From Polyangiales bacterium (lineage in GTDB: Bacteria; Myxococcota_A; Polyangia; Polyangiales; Ga0077539), in the NCBI GenBank assembly GCA_044229975.1, contig JBGARZ010000002.1, positions 160,001 through 224,000 of the forward strand: DNA of 64,000 bases, in the 5' to 3' direction. Shown in pieces: positions 46,321 through 59,819 of this stretch (position 1 is the stretch's first letter; the number at the start of each line of letters is the position of its first letter). Below the pieces are notes generated by a model that searched no databases, was not told where the DNA came from, and saw only the letters and a list, made by a program, of their open reading frames with translations. Both the position numbers and the translations under genes were made by a program.

Positions 46321-47273
46321 TGCGCGCGCGGTGGGGTCTCGTCGCGGCGCTGGGGCTTGCGCTCGGGTGTGACCTCGACGAGCTGCTCGGGCCCTTCATC
46401 GAGCGTCGACCGGGCCTGCCGACGGCCGCTCCGACGGTCGGACCTGCACCCGCGCCCGGAGTGATGCCGGGGCCCGCGGTGCCGGCGGGGTCGAGCGTTC
46501 ATCTGTTGTTGGGTGCGCCGACGGACGCGTCGCCGCAGGACGAGATCGTGCTGGTGAAGCCGCAGTACGTCGTCTCGTACAACCGCTTCCGCAACGACCC
46601 CAACTGGGTCGCGTGGCACCTGACGGCGGGCGACATCGGCAACGTCGGTCGAACGCGGCGCACCTTCTCGCCCGACCCGCAGCTACCCGCCGGCGTCTAT
46701 CAGGTGCACCACGGCGACTACTCGGGGAGCGGCTACGACCACGGTCACCTGTGTCCCTCGCACGAGCGCACGGCGACGGTGGAGGACAACGCCGCGACCT
46801 TCCTCACGACCAACATCGTCCCGCAGCGGCACGCCATCAACGCGGGCGCGTGGGAGGCGCTGGAGCGCTGGTCGGTCGACAAGGTGCGCGAGGGCTGGGA
46901 CCTCTTCATCGTGGCGGGCGGCGTATGGGACGCGGCGTGCGCGACGGACCGGACGCCGACAGGCAACGTCCCGACGGAGGGTTGCCCGTCGGTCGGGCGG
47001 AGCTTCGACGTGGCGCGGCGGGTCGCGATCCCGACGGCGACGTGGAAGGTGATCGTGGTGGTTCCGCAGGGGCAGGGGTTGGCGGCGGTGACGGCGGCGA
47101 CCCAGGTGGTGGCGGTGGAGATGCCCAACGAGGGAGAGGGCGGCGGCCGCGACTGGCAGCGCTACGTGACCACCGTCGACGCGCTGGAGGCGCGCACGGG
47201 ATACGACCTCCTCACGAGCGTGTTGCCGCAGGTGCAGCAGGCCATCGAAGCACGCGCGTACACGGGACCGTGA
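46320..47273 (+). CDS. DNA/RNA non-specific endonuclease (NucA family), lipoprotein
   Basis: Lipobox ALGC; YVVSYN...PNWVAWHL, GYDHGHLCPS, TFLTTNIVPQ, NAGAW..LE; TGA/ATG overlap with mazG. Confidence 0.92.
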   Translation: MRARWGLVAALGLALGCDLDELLGPFIERRPGLPTAAPTVGPAPAPGVMPGPAVPAGSSVHLLLGAPTDASPQDEIVLVKPQYVVSYNRFRNDPNWVAWHLTAGDIGNVGRTRRTFSPDPQLPAGVYQVHHGDYSGSGYDHGHLCPSHERTATVEDNAATFLTTNIVPQRHAINAGAWEALERWSVDKVREGWDLFIVAGGVWDAACATDRTPTGNVPTEGCPSVGRSFDVARRVAIPTATWKVIVVVPQGQGLAAVTAATQVVAVEMPNEGEGGGRDWQRYVTTVDALEARTGYDLLTSVLPQVQQAIEARAYTGP

Positions 47274-47376
47274 GGCAGCGCCTTCGACGACGGAGTCGGC
47301 GGAAGTCGTTGACGGTTTTCGGCGGTTGCAGAGAGCATCGCGCGTCGCAAACGGTGCGACGGAGGGATGGAGATCC

Positions 47377-47766
47377 ATGAGCAACTGGGCCGGGCTTCAA
47401 GAGTGGGCGCGCGAGAACTACACCCTCGAAAACGACGAGGACGACTGGTTCGCGCTCACGGTCGAGTACGAGGACGGGCGATCGCAGAAGGTCGTGGTCT
47501 CGCACTTCTCGTACCTCGACAGCGACTGGGCGGAGATCCGCTCGGCCATCTGCGAGGAGAGCGAGATGAGCCCCAAGCTCGCCCTCAAGAAGAACGCCGA
47601 GTTCGCCATCGGCGGCATCGGCCTGAAGGACGGTCGGTACTACCTGTTCTACAGCGTGCCGCTCGACGACCTGAGCGAGGACGAGTTCACGGTGCCGCTC
47701 AACGCCATCGCGGCGTCGGCCGACCGGCTGGAGTCATCTCACTCGGGCGGCGACGACGACTTCTGA
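47377..47766 (+). CDS. Small acidic protein, YbjN/T3SS-chaperone-like fold
   Basis: GRSQKVVV...AEIRSAI...ALKKN..FAIGG...IAASADRLE..GGDDDF pattern; GGAG RBS. Confidence 0.7.
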   Translation: MSNWAGLQEWARENYTLENDEDDWFALTVEYEDGRSQKVVVSHFSYLDSDWAEIRSAICEESEMSPKLALKKNAEFAIGGIGLKDGRYYLFYSVPLDDLSEDEFTVPLNAIAASADRLESSHSGGDDDF

Positions 47767-47773
47767 TCTCTTC

Positions 47774-47812
47774 CGCTGCACCGGCACCCCCAGGAAAGGT
47801 GCCGATGCAGCG
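47774..47812. terminator. Hairpin between the convergent ORF and tRNA-Glu
   Basis: CGCTGCA-C-CGGCACC ... GGTGCCG-A-TGCAGCG inverted repeat. Confidence 0.6.
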
Positions 47813-47822
47813 TGGAGATGGT

Positions 47823-47898
47823 TGGTGTCCCCAAGGGGAGTCGAACCCCTGTTCGCGACGTGAAAAGCCGCTGTCCTGGGCCTCTAGACGATGGGGAC
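47823..47898 (-). tRNA. tRNA-Glu (anticodon TTC), CCA encoded
   Basis: GTCCCCATCGTCTAGAGGCCCAGGACAGCGGCTTTTCACGTCGCGAACAGGGGTTCGACTCCCCTTGGGGACACCA. Confidence 0.97.
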
Positions 47899-48020
47899 AG
47901 AGCGCGGCGCAAGCTACCCGAACGCCGTTCGATTGCAACCACTTCCTACGCACTCGCGACGTTCTTCCATTCCCCTCCCGCCTTGACGGTGATGCGCCCG
48001 GCGTGATGCACCGTCGGGCG

Positions 48021-48785
48021 ATGCCACAGCCGCCGCACCGCCCTCCCCCGCAGCGCCAACGCTTCGAGCGACCGCCCGTCAAGGTGCACACCACCACGCT
48101 CTGGGACTACCCCTCGCAGCAGCACGGCGACGGCGACCAAGGGGACAAGAACTACGTCGGCGCCACGCCCTCGCACGTCATCTGGAACGTCCTCCGCCGC
48201 TACTCCCAGGAGGGCGACGTCGTCATCGATCCCTTCTGCGGGAGCGGCACCACCCTCGACGTCGCGACCGAGCTCAAGCGCCAGGGCCTCGGCTTCGACC
48301 TCAACCCCACGCGCCCCGAGATCACCCGCGCCGACGCGCGCAAGCTGCCCGTCGAGTCCGAGTCCGCTCAGGTGGTCTTCATGGACCCGCCGTACGGCGA
48401 TCACATCGACTACTCCGACGACCCGCGCTGCATCGGTAAGCTGTCGGCTTACGATCCCAGGTATTTCCAGGCCATGGGCGCGGCCTTCGACGAAGCCTTT
48501 CGCGTGCTCAAGCCGGGCGGCGTGCTCGCGGTCTACGTGTGCGACTACTTCGAGACCAAGAAGGGCCTCGCCCCGGTCGGCTTCGGCCTCTTCTCGCTCT
48601 TCACGATGCGCTTCGTGCCCATCGACATCGTGTCCGTCGTGCGGCGCAACAAGAGCCTGCTCAAGGGCAACTTCCACCAGGCCGCCGAGCGGGACAACTT
48701 CTTCCTCCGCGGGTTCAACTACCTCTTCCTCGCGCGCAAGCCCGACGAGGCGCCGCGCCGCCGCGATCGACGCTCAGCGCGATAG
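48021..48785 (+). CDS. Amino-methyltransferase (N6-A/N4-C DNA methylase or Trm11-like)
   Basis: DPFCGSGTT (motif I) followed by FMDPPY (motif IV), RVLKPGG. Confidence 0.85.
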   Translation: MPQPPHRPPPQRQRFERPPVKVHTTTLWDYPSQQHGDGDQGDKNYVGATPSHVIWNVLRRYSQEGDVVIDPFCGSGTTLDVATELKRQGLGFDLNPTRPEITRADARKLPVESESAQVVFMDPPYGDHIDYSDDPRCIGKLSAYDPRYFQAMGAAFDEAFRVLKPGGVLAVYVCDYFETKKGLAPVGFGLFSLFTMRFVPIDIVSVVRRNKSLLKGNFHQAAERDNFFLRGFNYLFLARKPDEAPRRRDRRSAR

Positions 48786-49643
48786 CCGCGGCAGCGGTTC
48801 GATGCCCAGCACGTCGGCCCGCTCGCGCAGCATCACCGCCACCACCCGCGCCATCGCCAGCGGGAAGAACACCAGCACGGCATCCGCCACCATCTGCAGG
48901 GTCTTGCCCGCCGCCCACAGCACGGACGTGAGCGCGCCGCTGACCCGCACCGCGAACCACCACGACGCAAACCAGGTGAAGGTCAGGAGCGCCAGCACGC
49001 CCACCGTGGTCGCGTACTCGCGCGGGATGCGCGTCACCAGCGCCACCATCGGCATCGGGTTGACCGCCCGCACGAAGGACCCCTCGAAGGCCACCGAGGC
49101 GATCGCCGCGGGCGCCAGCGCGACCGCCCACAGGGCGCTCAACAGGAGCGCGAAGAGCTGCACCGCGCCGCTCAGGTAGACGACGGAGAGCACCATCGGC
49201 AGCAGCGGGATGAACAGCGCGGCGGCGCTCTGGAGCAGCGGGATCACCAGCGACCACCAGTTGACGAAGTCGGCCATGGCGGGCGCGTCCTCCTCGCCCC
49301 GCGAGCCGCGCTGGATCACCACGAACAGGTAGCTCCACAGGGCGCCCGACGACAGCAGGCCGCCCACCACGGGCACCTTGCTGAAGAGCGTCACGCCGAC
49401 GCCGAGCGCCGCCCAGGTGATCCAGTTGTCGCCCATCGCGGGCCACTTCACCGCCTCGGTGAGCTGGTCGGTGAGAGAGCGTTCGACCTTCGTGACGACC
49501 TCGCGCGTCACCATCCCGCAGGCGGGGCACACGAGCAGCGTTCCGGAGCCCGCGGTGACGGAGCGGCACTCGCTCGACGGGCGCTCCGCCTCGCAGCGGC
49601 GGCAGTAGCGAAGGGGCACATCGATGACGGCTGGGCTGTTCAT
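48774..49643 (-). CDS. Integral membrane protein with N-terminal zinc ribbon (DUF4013-like)
   Basis: CRRC...CPACG followed by about 6 hydrophobic helices. Confidence 0.75.
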   Translation of the reverse strand: MNSPAVIDVPLRYCRRCEAERPSSECRSVTAGSGTLLVCPACGMVTREVVTKVERSLTDQLTEAVKWPAMGDNWITWAALGVGVTLFSKVPVVGGLLSSGALWSYLFVVIQRGSRGEEDAPAMADFVNWWSLVIPLLQSAAALFIPLLPMVLSVVYLSGAVQLFALLLSALWAVALAPAAIASVAFEGSFVRAVNPMPMVALVTRIPREYATTVGVLALLTFTWFASWWFAVRVSGALTSVLWAAGKTLQMVADAVLVFFPLAMARVVAVMLRERADVLGIEPLPRLSR

Positions 49644-49685
49644 GGCTTCGGGCTCCAGAGCCTCCTACGGATCGCCGCGCCGCGC

Positions 49686-49730
49686 TTGACGCCTTCACCA
49701 TCGACGAGTAGTTCATCCGTTCATCTGGAT
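49686..49730 (+). promoter_or_regulatory. Sigma70-like promoter with downstream palindromic operator
   Basis: TTGACG-N17-TAGTTC (49686-49714), immediately followed by ATCC-N8-GGAT (49715-49730), 10 nt before the ATG. Confidence 0.55.
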
Positions 49731-49740
49731 AGGCGAATAG

Positions 49741-50700
49741 ATGTCTCTCCCCCGCTATGTTGGCGCGCTCAACCTGCTCGGAGACGAGAGCCGCATCCGG
49801 CTGTGCGCGCTCTTGCGCGAGCGGGAGCTCAGCGTGACCGACCTCGTGCGCGTGACGGGCATCTCGCAGTCGCGGGTCTCGACGCACCTCGCTCGGCTCC
49901 GCGAGGGCGGCTTCGTGCGCGACCGGCGCGAGGGGCAGCACGCGTTCTATGCGCTGGCCGTGGACGCGCTGCCGACGACGGTGCGGGCGGTGCTCGACGA
50001 GGCCATCGGCGCGGGCGATCCGACGCTCGAAGGCGACCAGAAGAGACTGCACACGCTCGACTCCGAGCGGCGCGGCGGACTGCCCGAGTCCTTCGCGGGC
50101 GAGATGGAGCGGCACTACTCACCGGGTCGCACGTGGCAATCGCTGGCGGTGGGCTTCGCGGCGCTCTCGCGCCTCGGCGACGTGCTCGACGTGGGCTCCG
50201 GCGACGGCGCTGCGGCCAGTTCGCTCGCGCCCCACTGCCGCACGCTCACCTGCGTCGATACGAGCCCGCGCATGATCGACGCCGCCCGCGAGCGCCTCAC
50301 CCGCTGCGCCCACGTCCGCGCGGTGGTGGCCGACGCGCAGGCGCTCCCCTTCGCGGCGGAGTCCTTCGACGCCGCGCTGCTCTTCCACACGCTGACCTAC
50401 GCCGAGCGCCCCGAGGCCGTGCTCGCCGAGTGCGCGCGTGTGCTGCGCCCCGGCGGCCGCGTGGTGGTGCTCTGCCTCGACGCGCACCGGCAGCGGGAGG
50501 TCACGGCGCCCTTCGGCGAGCGTCACCCGGGCTTCTCTCCCGAGGCGGTGCGCGCGCTGCTCTCGGGCGCGGGGCTCGCGGTGGTGTCGTCCGAGGTGAC
50601 GTGCCGCGAGTCCAAGAAGCCTCACTTCCAGGTGGTGCTCGCCATCGCCGACAAGCCCGTTCCGTCTCCCACGAAACCCCATCGCACCCGCGCAGGTTGA
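49741..50700 (+). CDS. ArsR HTH plus SAM-methyltransferase-fold regulator (SahR/SamR type)
   Basis: RIRL...ELSVTDL...SQSRVSTHLARLREGG...RREG; HYSPGRTW; DVGSGDG; RVLRPGG; 3 nt upstream of metH. Confidence 0.92.
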   Translation: MSLPRYVGALNLLGDESRIRLCALLRERELSVTDLVRVTGISQSRVSTHLARLREGGFVRDRREGQHAFYALAVDALPTTVRAVLDEAIGAGDPTLEGDQKRLHTLDSERRGGLPESFAGEMERHYSPGRTWQSLAVGFAALSRLGDVLDVGSGDGAAASSLAPHCRTLTCVDTSPRMIDAARERLTRCAHVRAVVADAQALPFAAESFDAALLFHTLTYAERPEAVLAECARVLRPGGRVVVLCLDAHRQREVTAPFGERHPGFSPEAVRALLSGAGLAVVSSEVTCRESKKPHFQVVLAIADKPVPSPTKPHRTRAG

Positions 50701-50703
50701 TCC

Positions 50704-54522
<3,819 letters not shown>

Positions 54523-54657
54523 CGCTGCGAAGGGGGCGACGCAGCCGTTGCGACCGATGTGCAGCGGCCTTCGCACGGTGACAGCCCTTCGGGCCGTCGG
54601 TATGGTCCGCGCCCTTCCGACGACCCTTCACCCGTTCTTCATAGGACACGACACCCG

Positions 54658-56508
54658 ATGAGCGCACCCAACCTCGCCGCCACGGTCGCCGACGCGATTC
54701 GCGGGGCCGCCGCCGCGCGCGGTGATCGCGGAGGCTTCACCTTCGCCGACCCCCGCACCGCCGACAAGCACTACACCTGGAACGAACTCCTCGAAGCCGC
54801 CCGCGCGCGCGCCGCGGCCTTCTATGCCGAGGGTCTCCGCAAGGGTGATCGCCTCGCGATGGTGCTCCCGGGCCCCGAGGACTTCATCCTCAACTTCCTG
54901 GGCGCAACCCTCGGCGGCATCATCGCCGTCCCGATGTATCCGCCCGTCGCGCTGGGCAAGGTCGAGAGCTACGTCAAGAACGTCGAGCACATCGTCCACT
55001 CGTCGGGCGCCAAGGCGCTGCTCATCAGCAAGCAGGTGCGCCCCATCCTCGGGTCGGTGCTCGACACCGGCGCGGTGAAGAAGCTCATCCTCACCGAGTC
55101 GCTCAACCTCGACGCGCCCCGCGGCGACACCGAGCCCAACGTCTCGCCCGAGGACGTCTGCTTCCTCCAGTACACCTCCGGGAGCACCGCCTCGCCCAAG
55201 GGCGTCATCGTCACGCACGCCAACCTCGCCGCCAACTGCGGCGTCATCGCGGCCAACGGCCTCGGCTCCAACCCCGACACCGACCACGGCGTCTCCTGGC
55301 TGCCGCTCTATCACGACATGGGCCTCATCGGCTTCGTGATGGTGCCGCTCTTCGGATACCTGAACATCACGTTCCTCCCGACGATGGAGTTCGTGAAGCG
55401 GCCGGCCTACTGGCTGGAGATGATCGACAAGTATCGCGCGACCATCACCTTCGCGCCCAACTTCGCCTACGCCCTCGCCACGCGCCGCGTGAAGGACGCC
55501 GACCTCGCGAAGTGGGACCTCTCCACCATGAAGCACCTCGGCTGCGGCGCCGAGCCGATCCAGCCCGCGACGCTGCGCGAGTTCGTCGACCGCTTCTCCA
55601 AGGCAGGCCTGTCGGGCACTTCGCTCCTCCCCTGCTACGGCATGGCCGAGAGCACGCTCGCCATCTCCTTCGCGCGCCACAAGACCGACTCGCTGCGCGT
55701 CGACACCGTGGACGTCGAGGCCTTCCGCAACGGCGAGGCGAAGCCCGTCGACCCCACCACGGCAGCGCCGGGATCATTCGTCGAGGTGGTGTGCTGCGGC
55801 GAGCCCTTCCCCAACCACGAGGTCTCCGTGCGCGACCCGGAGGGCAACGTGCTGCCCGAGCGCACCATCGGCGAGCTCTGCATGAAGGGCCCGAGCGTGT
55901 GCTCTGGCTATTACGACAACCCTGAAGCCACGGCCGCCGCCTTCAAGGACGGATGGCTCTACTCAGGCGACAAGGGATACGTCGCCGACGGCGCGGTCTA
56001 CGTGTGCGGTCGCATCAAGGACATGATCATCGTCCACGGTCGCAACTACTACCCGACGGACATCGAGTGGGTGGTCAACGACGTGGAGGGCATCCGCCGC
56101 GGCAGCGCGGTGGCCTTCGCGTGCCTCCCGGCGTCGGCGTCGAGCGAGCAGCTCGCGGTCGTCGCCGAGTGGGCCGGCAAGGAGCGCCCCTCCGACGAAG
56201 CCCTCGACGCGACGAAGCGGAAGGTCACCGAGGTGGTGCAGGGTGCCCTCGGGCTCAACGCGTGGCAGGTGGTGCTCATCCCGCCGGGGACTGTTCCGAA
56301 GACCTCGTCGGGCAAGCTCCAGCGCCGCCGCACCAAGCAGCAGTTCGAGGACGGCACGCTTGGTCAGGAAGGCCCGACCACGGAGAAGCTCGACGCCAAG
56401 GTGGCCGTCGCGAAGCAGATGGCGCGCTCGTACGTCAACCTCGCCCGCAACGAGGTAGTCTCGCGGCTGCCCGACCCGGTGCGCGCGTTTTTCGGGAAGA
56501 AGAAGTAG
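54658..56508 (+). CDS. Fatty acyl-AMP ligase
   Basis: FLQYTSGST..PKG, SWLPLYHDMGLIG, PNFAY, GAEP, PCYGMAE, SGD, GRIKD, GRNYYP.DIE, PKTSSGK. Confidence 0.93.
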   Translation: MSAPNLAATVADAIRGAAAARGDRGGFTFADPRTADKHYTWNELLEAARARAAAFYAEGLRKGDRLAMVLPGPEDFILNFLGATLGGIIAVPMYPPVALGKVESYVKNVEHIVHSSGAKALLISKQVRPILGSVLDTGAVKKLILTESLNLDAPRGDTEPNVSPEDVCFLQYTSGSTASPKGVIVTHANLAANCGVIAANGLGSNPDTDHGVSWLPLYHDMGLIGFVMVPLFGYLNITFLPTMEFVKRPAYWLEMIDKYRATITFAPNFAYALATRRVKDADLAKWDLSTMKHLGCGAEPIQPATLREFVDRFSKAGLSGTSLLPCYGMAESTLAISFARHKTDSLRVDTVDVEAFRNGEAKPVDPTTAAPGSFVEVVCCGEPFPNHEVSVRDPEGNVLPERTIGELCMKGPSVCSGYYDNPEATAAAFKDGWLYSGDKGYVADGAVYVCGRIKDMIIVHGRNYYPTDIEWVVNDVEGIRRGSAVAFACLPASASSEQLAVVAEWAGKERPSDEALDATKRKVTEVVQGALGLNAWQVVLIPPGTVPKTSSGKLQRRRTKQQFEDGTLGQEGPTTEKLDAKVAVAKQMARSYVNLARNEVVSRLPDPVRAFFGKKK

Positions 56509-56510
56509 CG

Positions 56511-57248
56511 CTACCGACCGATGGCGAACTCACCCGATGCCCGGCCCTCTTCAGGGTCGGGCTCGGTGAGACCGCGGATGGCGTCGCGCACCGCGTCCAC
56601 CGCGTGCGGGTCGTAGAGGACGCCGTGGTGCCCGACGCCTGGGACGCGGACCACCCGCGAGCCAGGGAGCGCGGCGCTCTCGGGGTCGACGAGGAGATCC
56701 TGCTCCGCCACCACGGAGGTGATCGAAGTGCGCTGAAGGCGGTGGGCCGTCGCGCCGAGGGAGGTGATGGCCACGCTGCCGGGCGAGAGCTCTTGCGCGA
56801 GGCGCCACGGCCACGGGCGCGCGAGGGAGGTACCCAGGTGGGGCGTGCCCATGGTGACGAGGGCGTCGACGCGCAGGCCGAGGTGCTGCACCGCGTGGCG
56901 CGCGATGAGCCCGCCGAGCGAGTGGGCCACGACCACCACCGGGCCCGGAACCCGCGCGTCACCGATGACCGTCGCGAGCCGTCGCGCGTGCTTCTCGATG
57001 CTGCCGACGGGGGTGTAGTCGAAGTGCACCTGCCGGGGCGCGAGGCCCTCCTTGGCGAGCGCAAAGGCCATCGGGCGAAACACCCCCGACGAGGCGAAGA
57101 TGCCGTGCACGAACACCACGAGGTGCCGCGCGTCGCCGTGCTGCTTCAGGGTTCGCGAGGGTTGTGGGATGAGCCAGCCCTGACGGGCGACGGCGGCCAT
57201 CTCCTTGAGCACCTCGACCTCTCGTTGCCAGCGGGCGCGGCGTTTCAT
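56511..57248 (-). CDS. Lipase/esterase family alpha/beta hydrolase
   Basis: VVFVHG, AHSLGG nucleophile elbow, GTPH, catalytic D (QDLLV) and H (VGH). Confidence 0.88.
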   Translation of the reverse strand: MKRRARWQREVEVLKEMAAVARQGWLIPQPSRTLKQHGDARHLVVFVHGIFASSGVFRPMAFALAKEGLAPRQVHFDYTPVGSIEKHARRLATVIGDARVPGPVVVVAHSLGGLIARHAVQHLGLRVDALVTMGTPHLGTSLARPWPWRLAQELSPGSVAITSLGATAHRLQRTSITSVVAEQDLLVDPESAALPGSRVVRVPGVGHHGVLYDPHAVDAVRDAIRGLTEPDPEEGRASGEFAIGR

Positions 57249-57344
57249 CGCAGTCACCCGAGTAGCACGCAGCGTCACGAGAGCGAAATAGCGGGTGCAT
57301 GTCCGATGAGAGTGCGACCCGCTTCCCGCACCCCGCGCAGCACC

Positions 57345-58373
57345 CTACGCGCCTTCGGGGTCTTCGACGTTGGACGCGATGACCCATCGATCGAGGGTCT
57401 GTCGCGCGCGCCCCGAGTCGATGGCAGCCGCCGCGATGGTGGCCGCCTCGCGGAGGTCGGAGGTCACCTCGGCGACGACGAGCCCCGCGGCGGCGTTGAG
57501 CACCGCGGCGGTGCGACGCGGGCCCGGCTCACCGTCGAGGATGCTGCGCGCGATGCGGGCGTTGGTGGTCGGGTCGCCGCCCGCGAGCGCTTCGCACGGC
57601 ACCGGGTCGAGCCCGAAGTCGTTGGGGGTGACGGTGCTCTCGATGAGGACGCCCTGGCGCACGCTCACCACCTGGGTCGGGCCCGACGGGCTGACCTCGT
57701 CCATGCCTCCGGCGCCGTGGAGCACCCACGCGCGGCGGGTGCCGAGGCGAGAGAGCACCTCGGCCATCTTGCGGAGGTAGCCCGGCGAATGGACCCCGAG
57801 GAGCTGGTGCGTCGCGCCCGCGGGGTTGGCCAGCGGACCGATGAGGTCGAAGATGGTGCGGAAGCCGAGCTCTTGCCGGACGACGCCGGCGTTGGCGAGC
57901 GCGACGTGGAAGCTCGGCGCGTACAGGAAGGTGATGCCCACCTCGCGCAGGGCCTGGCGCACCACCGAGCGCGTGGCGTCGATGCGCACCCCGAGCGCTT
58001 CGACCACGTCGGCGCTGCCCGTGCGCGAAGTGACCGCGCGGAGCCCGTGCTTGGCAACGGCGACCCCGCACGAGGCCACGATGATGGCCGCGACGGTGCT
58101 CACGTTGAAGGTCGACGCGGGCCCGCCGCCCGTCCCGCAGGTGTCGAGCAGGATGCCGGGGAAGCCCTCGATGGGCTCGCACCGTCGGCGCAGCGCGCGC
58201 GCGGCGGACTTGATCTCGGTGACGGTCTCGCCCTTCATGCGCAGGGCGGTGGCGAGGGCCGCGATCTGCGCCGCGGACGCCTCGCCCGAGAGCACCTCTT
58301 CGATCGCCGCCGTGGCCTCGTCCTCGTCGAGGTCGCGGCCTCCGATGAGCGCTCGCAGCGCGCTGTGGATCAT
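57345..58373 (-). CDS. trpD: Anthranilate phosphoribosyltransferase (or close paralog)
   Basis: LRMKGET, DTCGTGG, TFNVST, KHG, GSADV.EALG, GPLANP, GMDE, LNAAA. Confidence 0.88.
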   Translation of the reverse strand: MIHSALRALIGGRDLDEDEATAAIEEVLSGEASAAQIAALATALRMKGETVTEIKSAARALRRRCEPIEGFPGILLDTCGTGGGPASTFNVSTVAAIIVASCGVAVAKHGLRAVTSRTGSADVVEALGVRIDATRSVVRQALREVGITFLYAPSFHVALANAGVVRQELGFRTIFDLIGPLANPAGATHQLLGVHSPGYLRKMAEVLSRLGTRRAWVLHGAGGMDEVSPSGPTQVVSVRQGVLIESTVTPNDFGLDPVPCEALAGGDPTTNARIARSILDGEPGPRRTAAVLNAAAGLVVAEVTSDLREAATIAAAAIDSGRARQTLDRWVIASNVEDPEGA

Positions 58374-58520
58374 CCGCGCACCGTATCACCGAACGTGCTC
58401 CCGATGCGGCGCCGAGGGCGCGCCGTGAAGTCGTCTTGACAGTGCGAGAAGCGCGACGATAGCGTCCGCCCGCGATAGCGGCGTAGAGGTCGTGACGACG
58501 CGAAGGAGCAGTGATCCCCG

Positions 58521-59810
58521 ATGGCCGACGAGAAGAAGAAGCCCGATTTGAAGGCGCGCCTCAACCGCACCGTGGTGGGCCCCGCCCCCGGTGTGGGCGC
58601 GGGCCCGGACGCCGGCGCGCCCGGCGGGGGAACCCCCTCGGCGGGCGTCGATCCGGTGGGCGACTTCGGCATCGCGAGCGCGAGCTCGGACATCGCGGTC
58701 CCCGAGTTCATCAAGCAGCAGCAGGCCGAGAAGGCGGCGGCCGAGGCGCGGGCCGCGGAAGAAGCTCGCGTCGCCGGTGAGCGCGCGGCGCGAGCCGCCG
58801 CCGAGCGCGCAGCGCAGGAGCGGGCGCAAGAGCGGGCACGCGCGATGGCGGCCGATCCCTTCGCGGCGTCGTCGGCCTCCGAGGCCCCGCAGGAGATTCG
58901 CCTCGTCATCGACGACAAGGCCGTGAGCGACGCCGAGGTCGGCCGCAAGAACACCGGCGCCGTGCTCGGCTTCGTCATCGTGGGCGCCGTCGCCCTCGCG
59001 GCGGGCTTCGGCATCGGCGGTCTCATGGAGACGCGCAAGCAGGGCGCGCGCACCGTCGAGGCCATCGCGGAGATCCGCACGAGCGTCGACGCCGCGGGCG
59101 CGATCATCGCGACCATGAAGAACAAGGTCGACCACGCGGCCACCGCCGCGGGCATTCCCGCGCAGGGCGAAGAGGCCCCCGGGCAGCCCGCCGCCGCGCC
59201 GGCGACCGCGACCATCGACGAGGAGCTCGGCACCTGGTTTGGCGCGCAGGCGGCCGACCCGCCGCTCATGCCCAACGTCTACGCGGGTCGCGTGGGTCGA
59301 CTCCGCGGCGACCTCGTCGAGAAGCTGATGAAGGTGCAGTTCGAGCTCGCCCAGGCGTGGGGCGATCTGCGTCGCCACCAGAGCGGCACGCAGGGCAACA
59401 ACCTCCGCCTGCTCCAGACCTCGCTGCAAGACCTCCAGCGGGTGCGCGGTGAGTACCAGCGCCTCGGCGTGGTCTTCGCGGCCGGCCCCCAGGACGGCCC
59501 GCGCGTCATCGGCACCCTGGTCTCGCTCGGCGCCCCCGACCCGGCCGGCGCGCTCCCCATTCCGCTGCTCGGCGCCAACCAGACGCGGCAGTTCTACACC
59601 GGCGGTGACCTCTCGGCTCCGGCGACCGTGGGCACCGTGACCATCCCCGTCTCGGTGAGCGGCGGACTCGGCGCCGTCGCCATGGGTGGCCTCACCCGTC
59701 CGTGGTCGGAGTACGTCGGTCGCGTCCGGAGCCTCCGCACGCTGGTCGACGCCCTCGCGCGCGACCACCGCCAGCTCGCCGACGCGCTCAGCCGCAACCC
59801 CTCTCCCTGA
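58521..59810 (+). CDS. Hypothetical single-pass membrane protein with coiled coils
   Basis: AAGGAG RBS; Ala/Glu/Arg coiled coil; TM helix AVLGFVIVGAVALAAGFGIGG. Confidence 0.8.
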   Translation: MADEKKKPDLKARLNRTVVGPAPGVGAGPDAGAPGGGTPSAGVDPVGDFGIASASSDIAVPEFIKQQQAEKAAAEARAAEEARVAGERAARAAAERAAQERAQERARAMAADPFAASSASEAPQEIRLVIDDKAVSDAEVGRKNTGAVLGFVIVGAVALAAGFGIGGLMETRKQGARTVEAIAEIRTSVDAAGAIIATMKNKVDHAATAAGIPAQGEEAPGQPAAAPATATIDEELGTWFGAQAADPPLMPNVYAGRVGRLRGDLVEKLMKVQFELAQAWGDLRRHQSGTQGNNLRLLQTSLQDLQRVRGEYQRLGVVFAAGPQDGPRVIGTLVSLGAPDPAGALPIPLLGANQTRQFYTGGDLSAPATVGTVTIPVSVSGGLGAVAMGGLTRPWSEYVGRVRSLRTLVDALARDHRQLADALSRNPSP

Positions 59811-59819
59811 GTCGCGTTA

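Noticed and set aside
44805..47898. Genomic island between the two tRNA genes
   Set aside because: No duplicated tRNA 3' end, no integrase and no evident compositional shift; this mazG is the ordinary two-domain housekeeping type.
49644..49740. SAM or cobalamin riboswitch upstream of the metH operon
   Set aside because: The region is too short, lacks riboswitch consensus elements, and is better explained by a promoter plus protein operator.
54523..54600. Inverted repeat TGCGAAGG...CCTTCGCA after metH as an ncRNA or terminator
   Set aside because: Short arms, a long irregular loop and no U-tract; such pairing is common by chance in GC-rich DNA.
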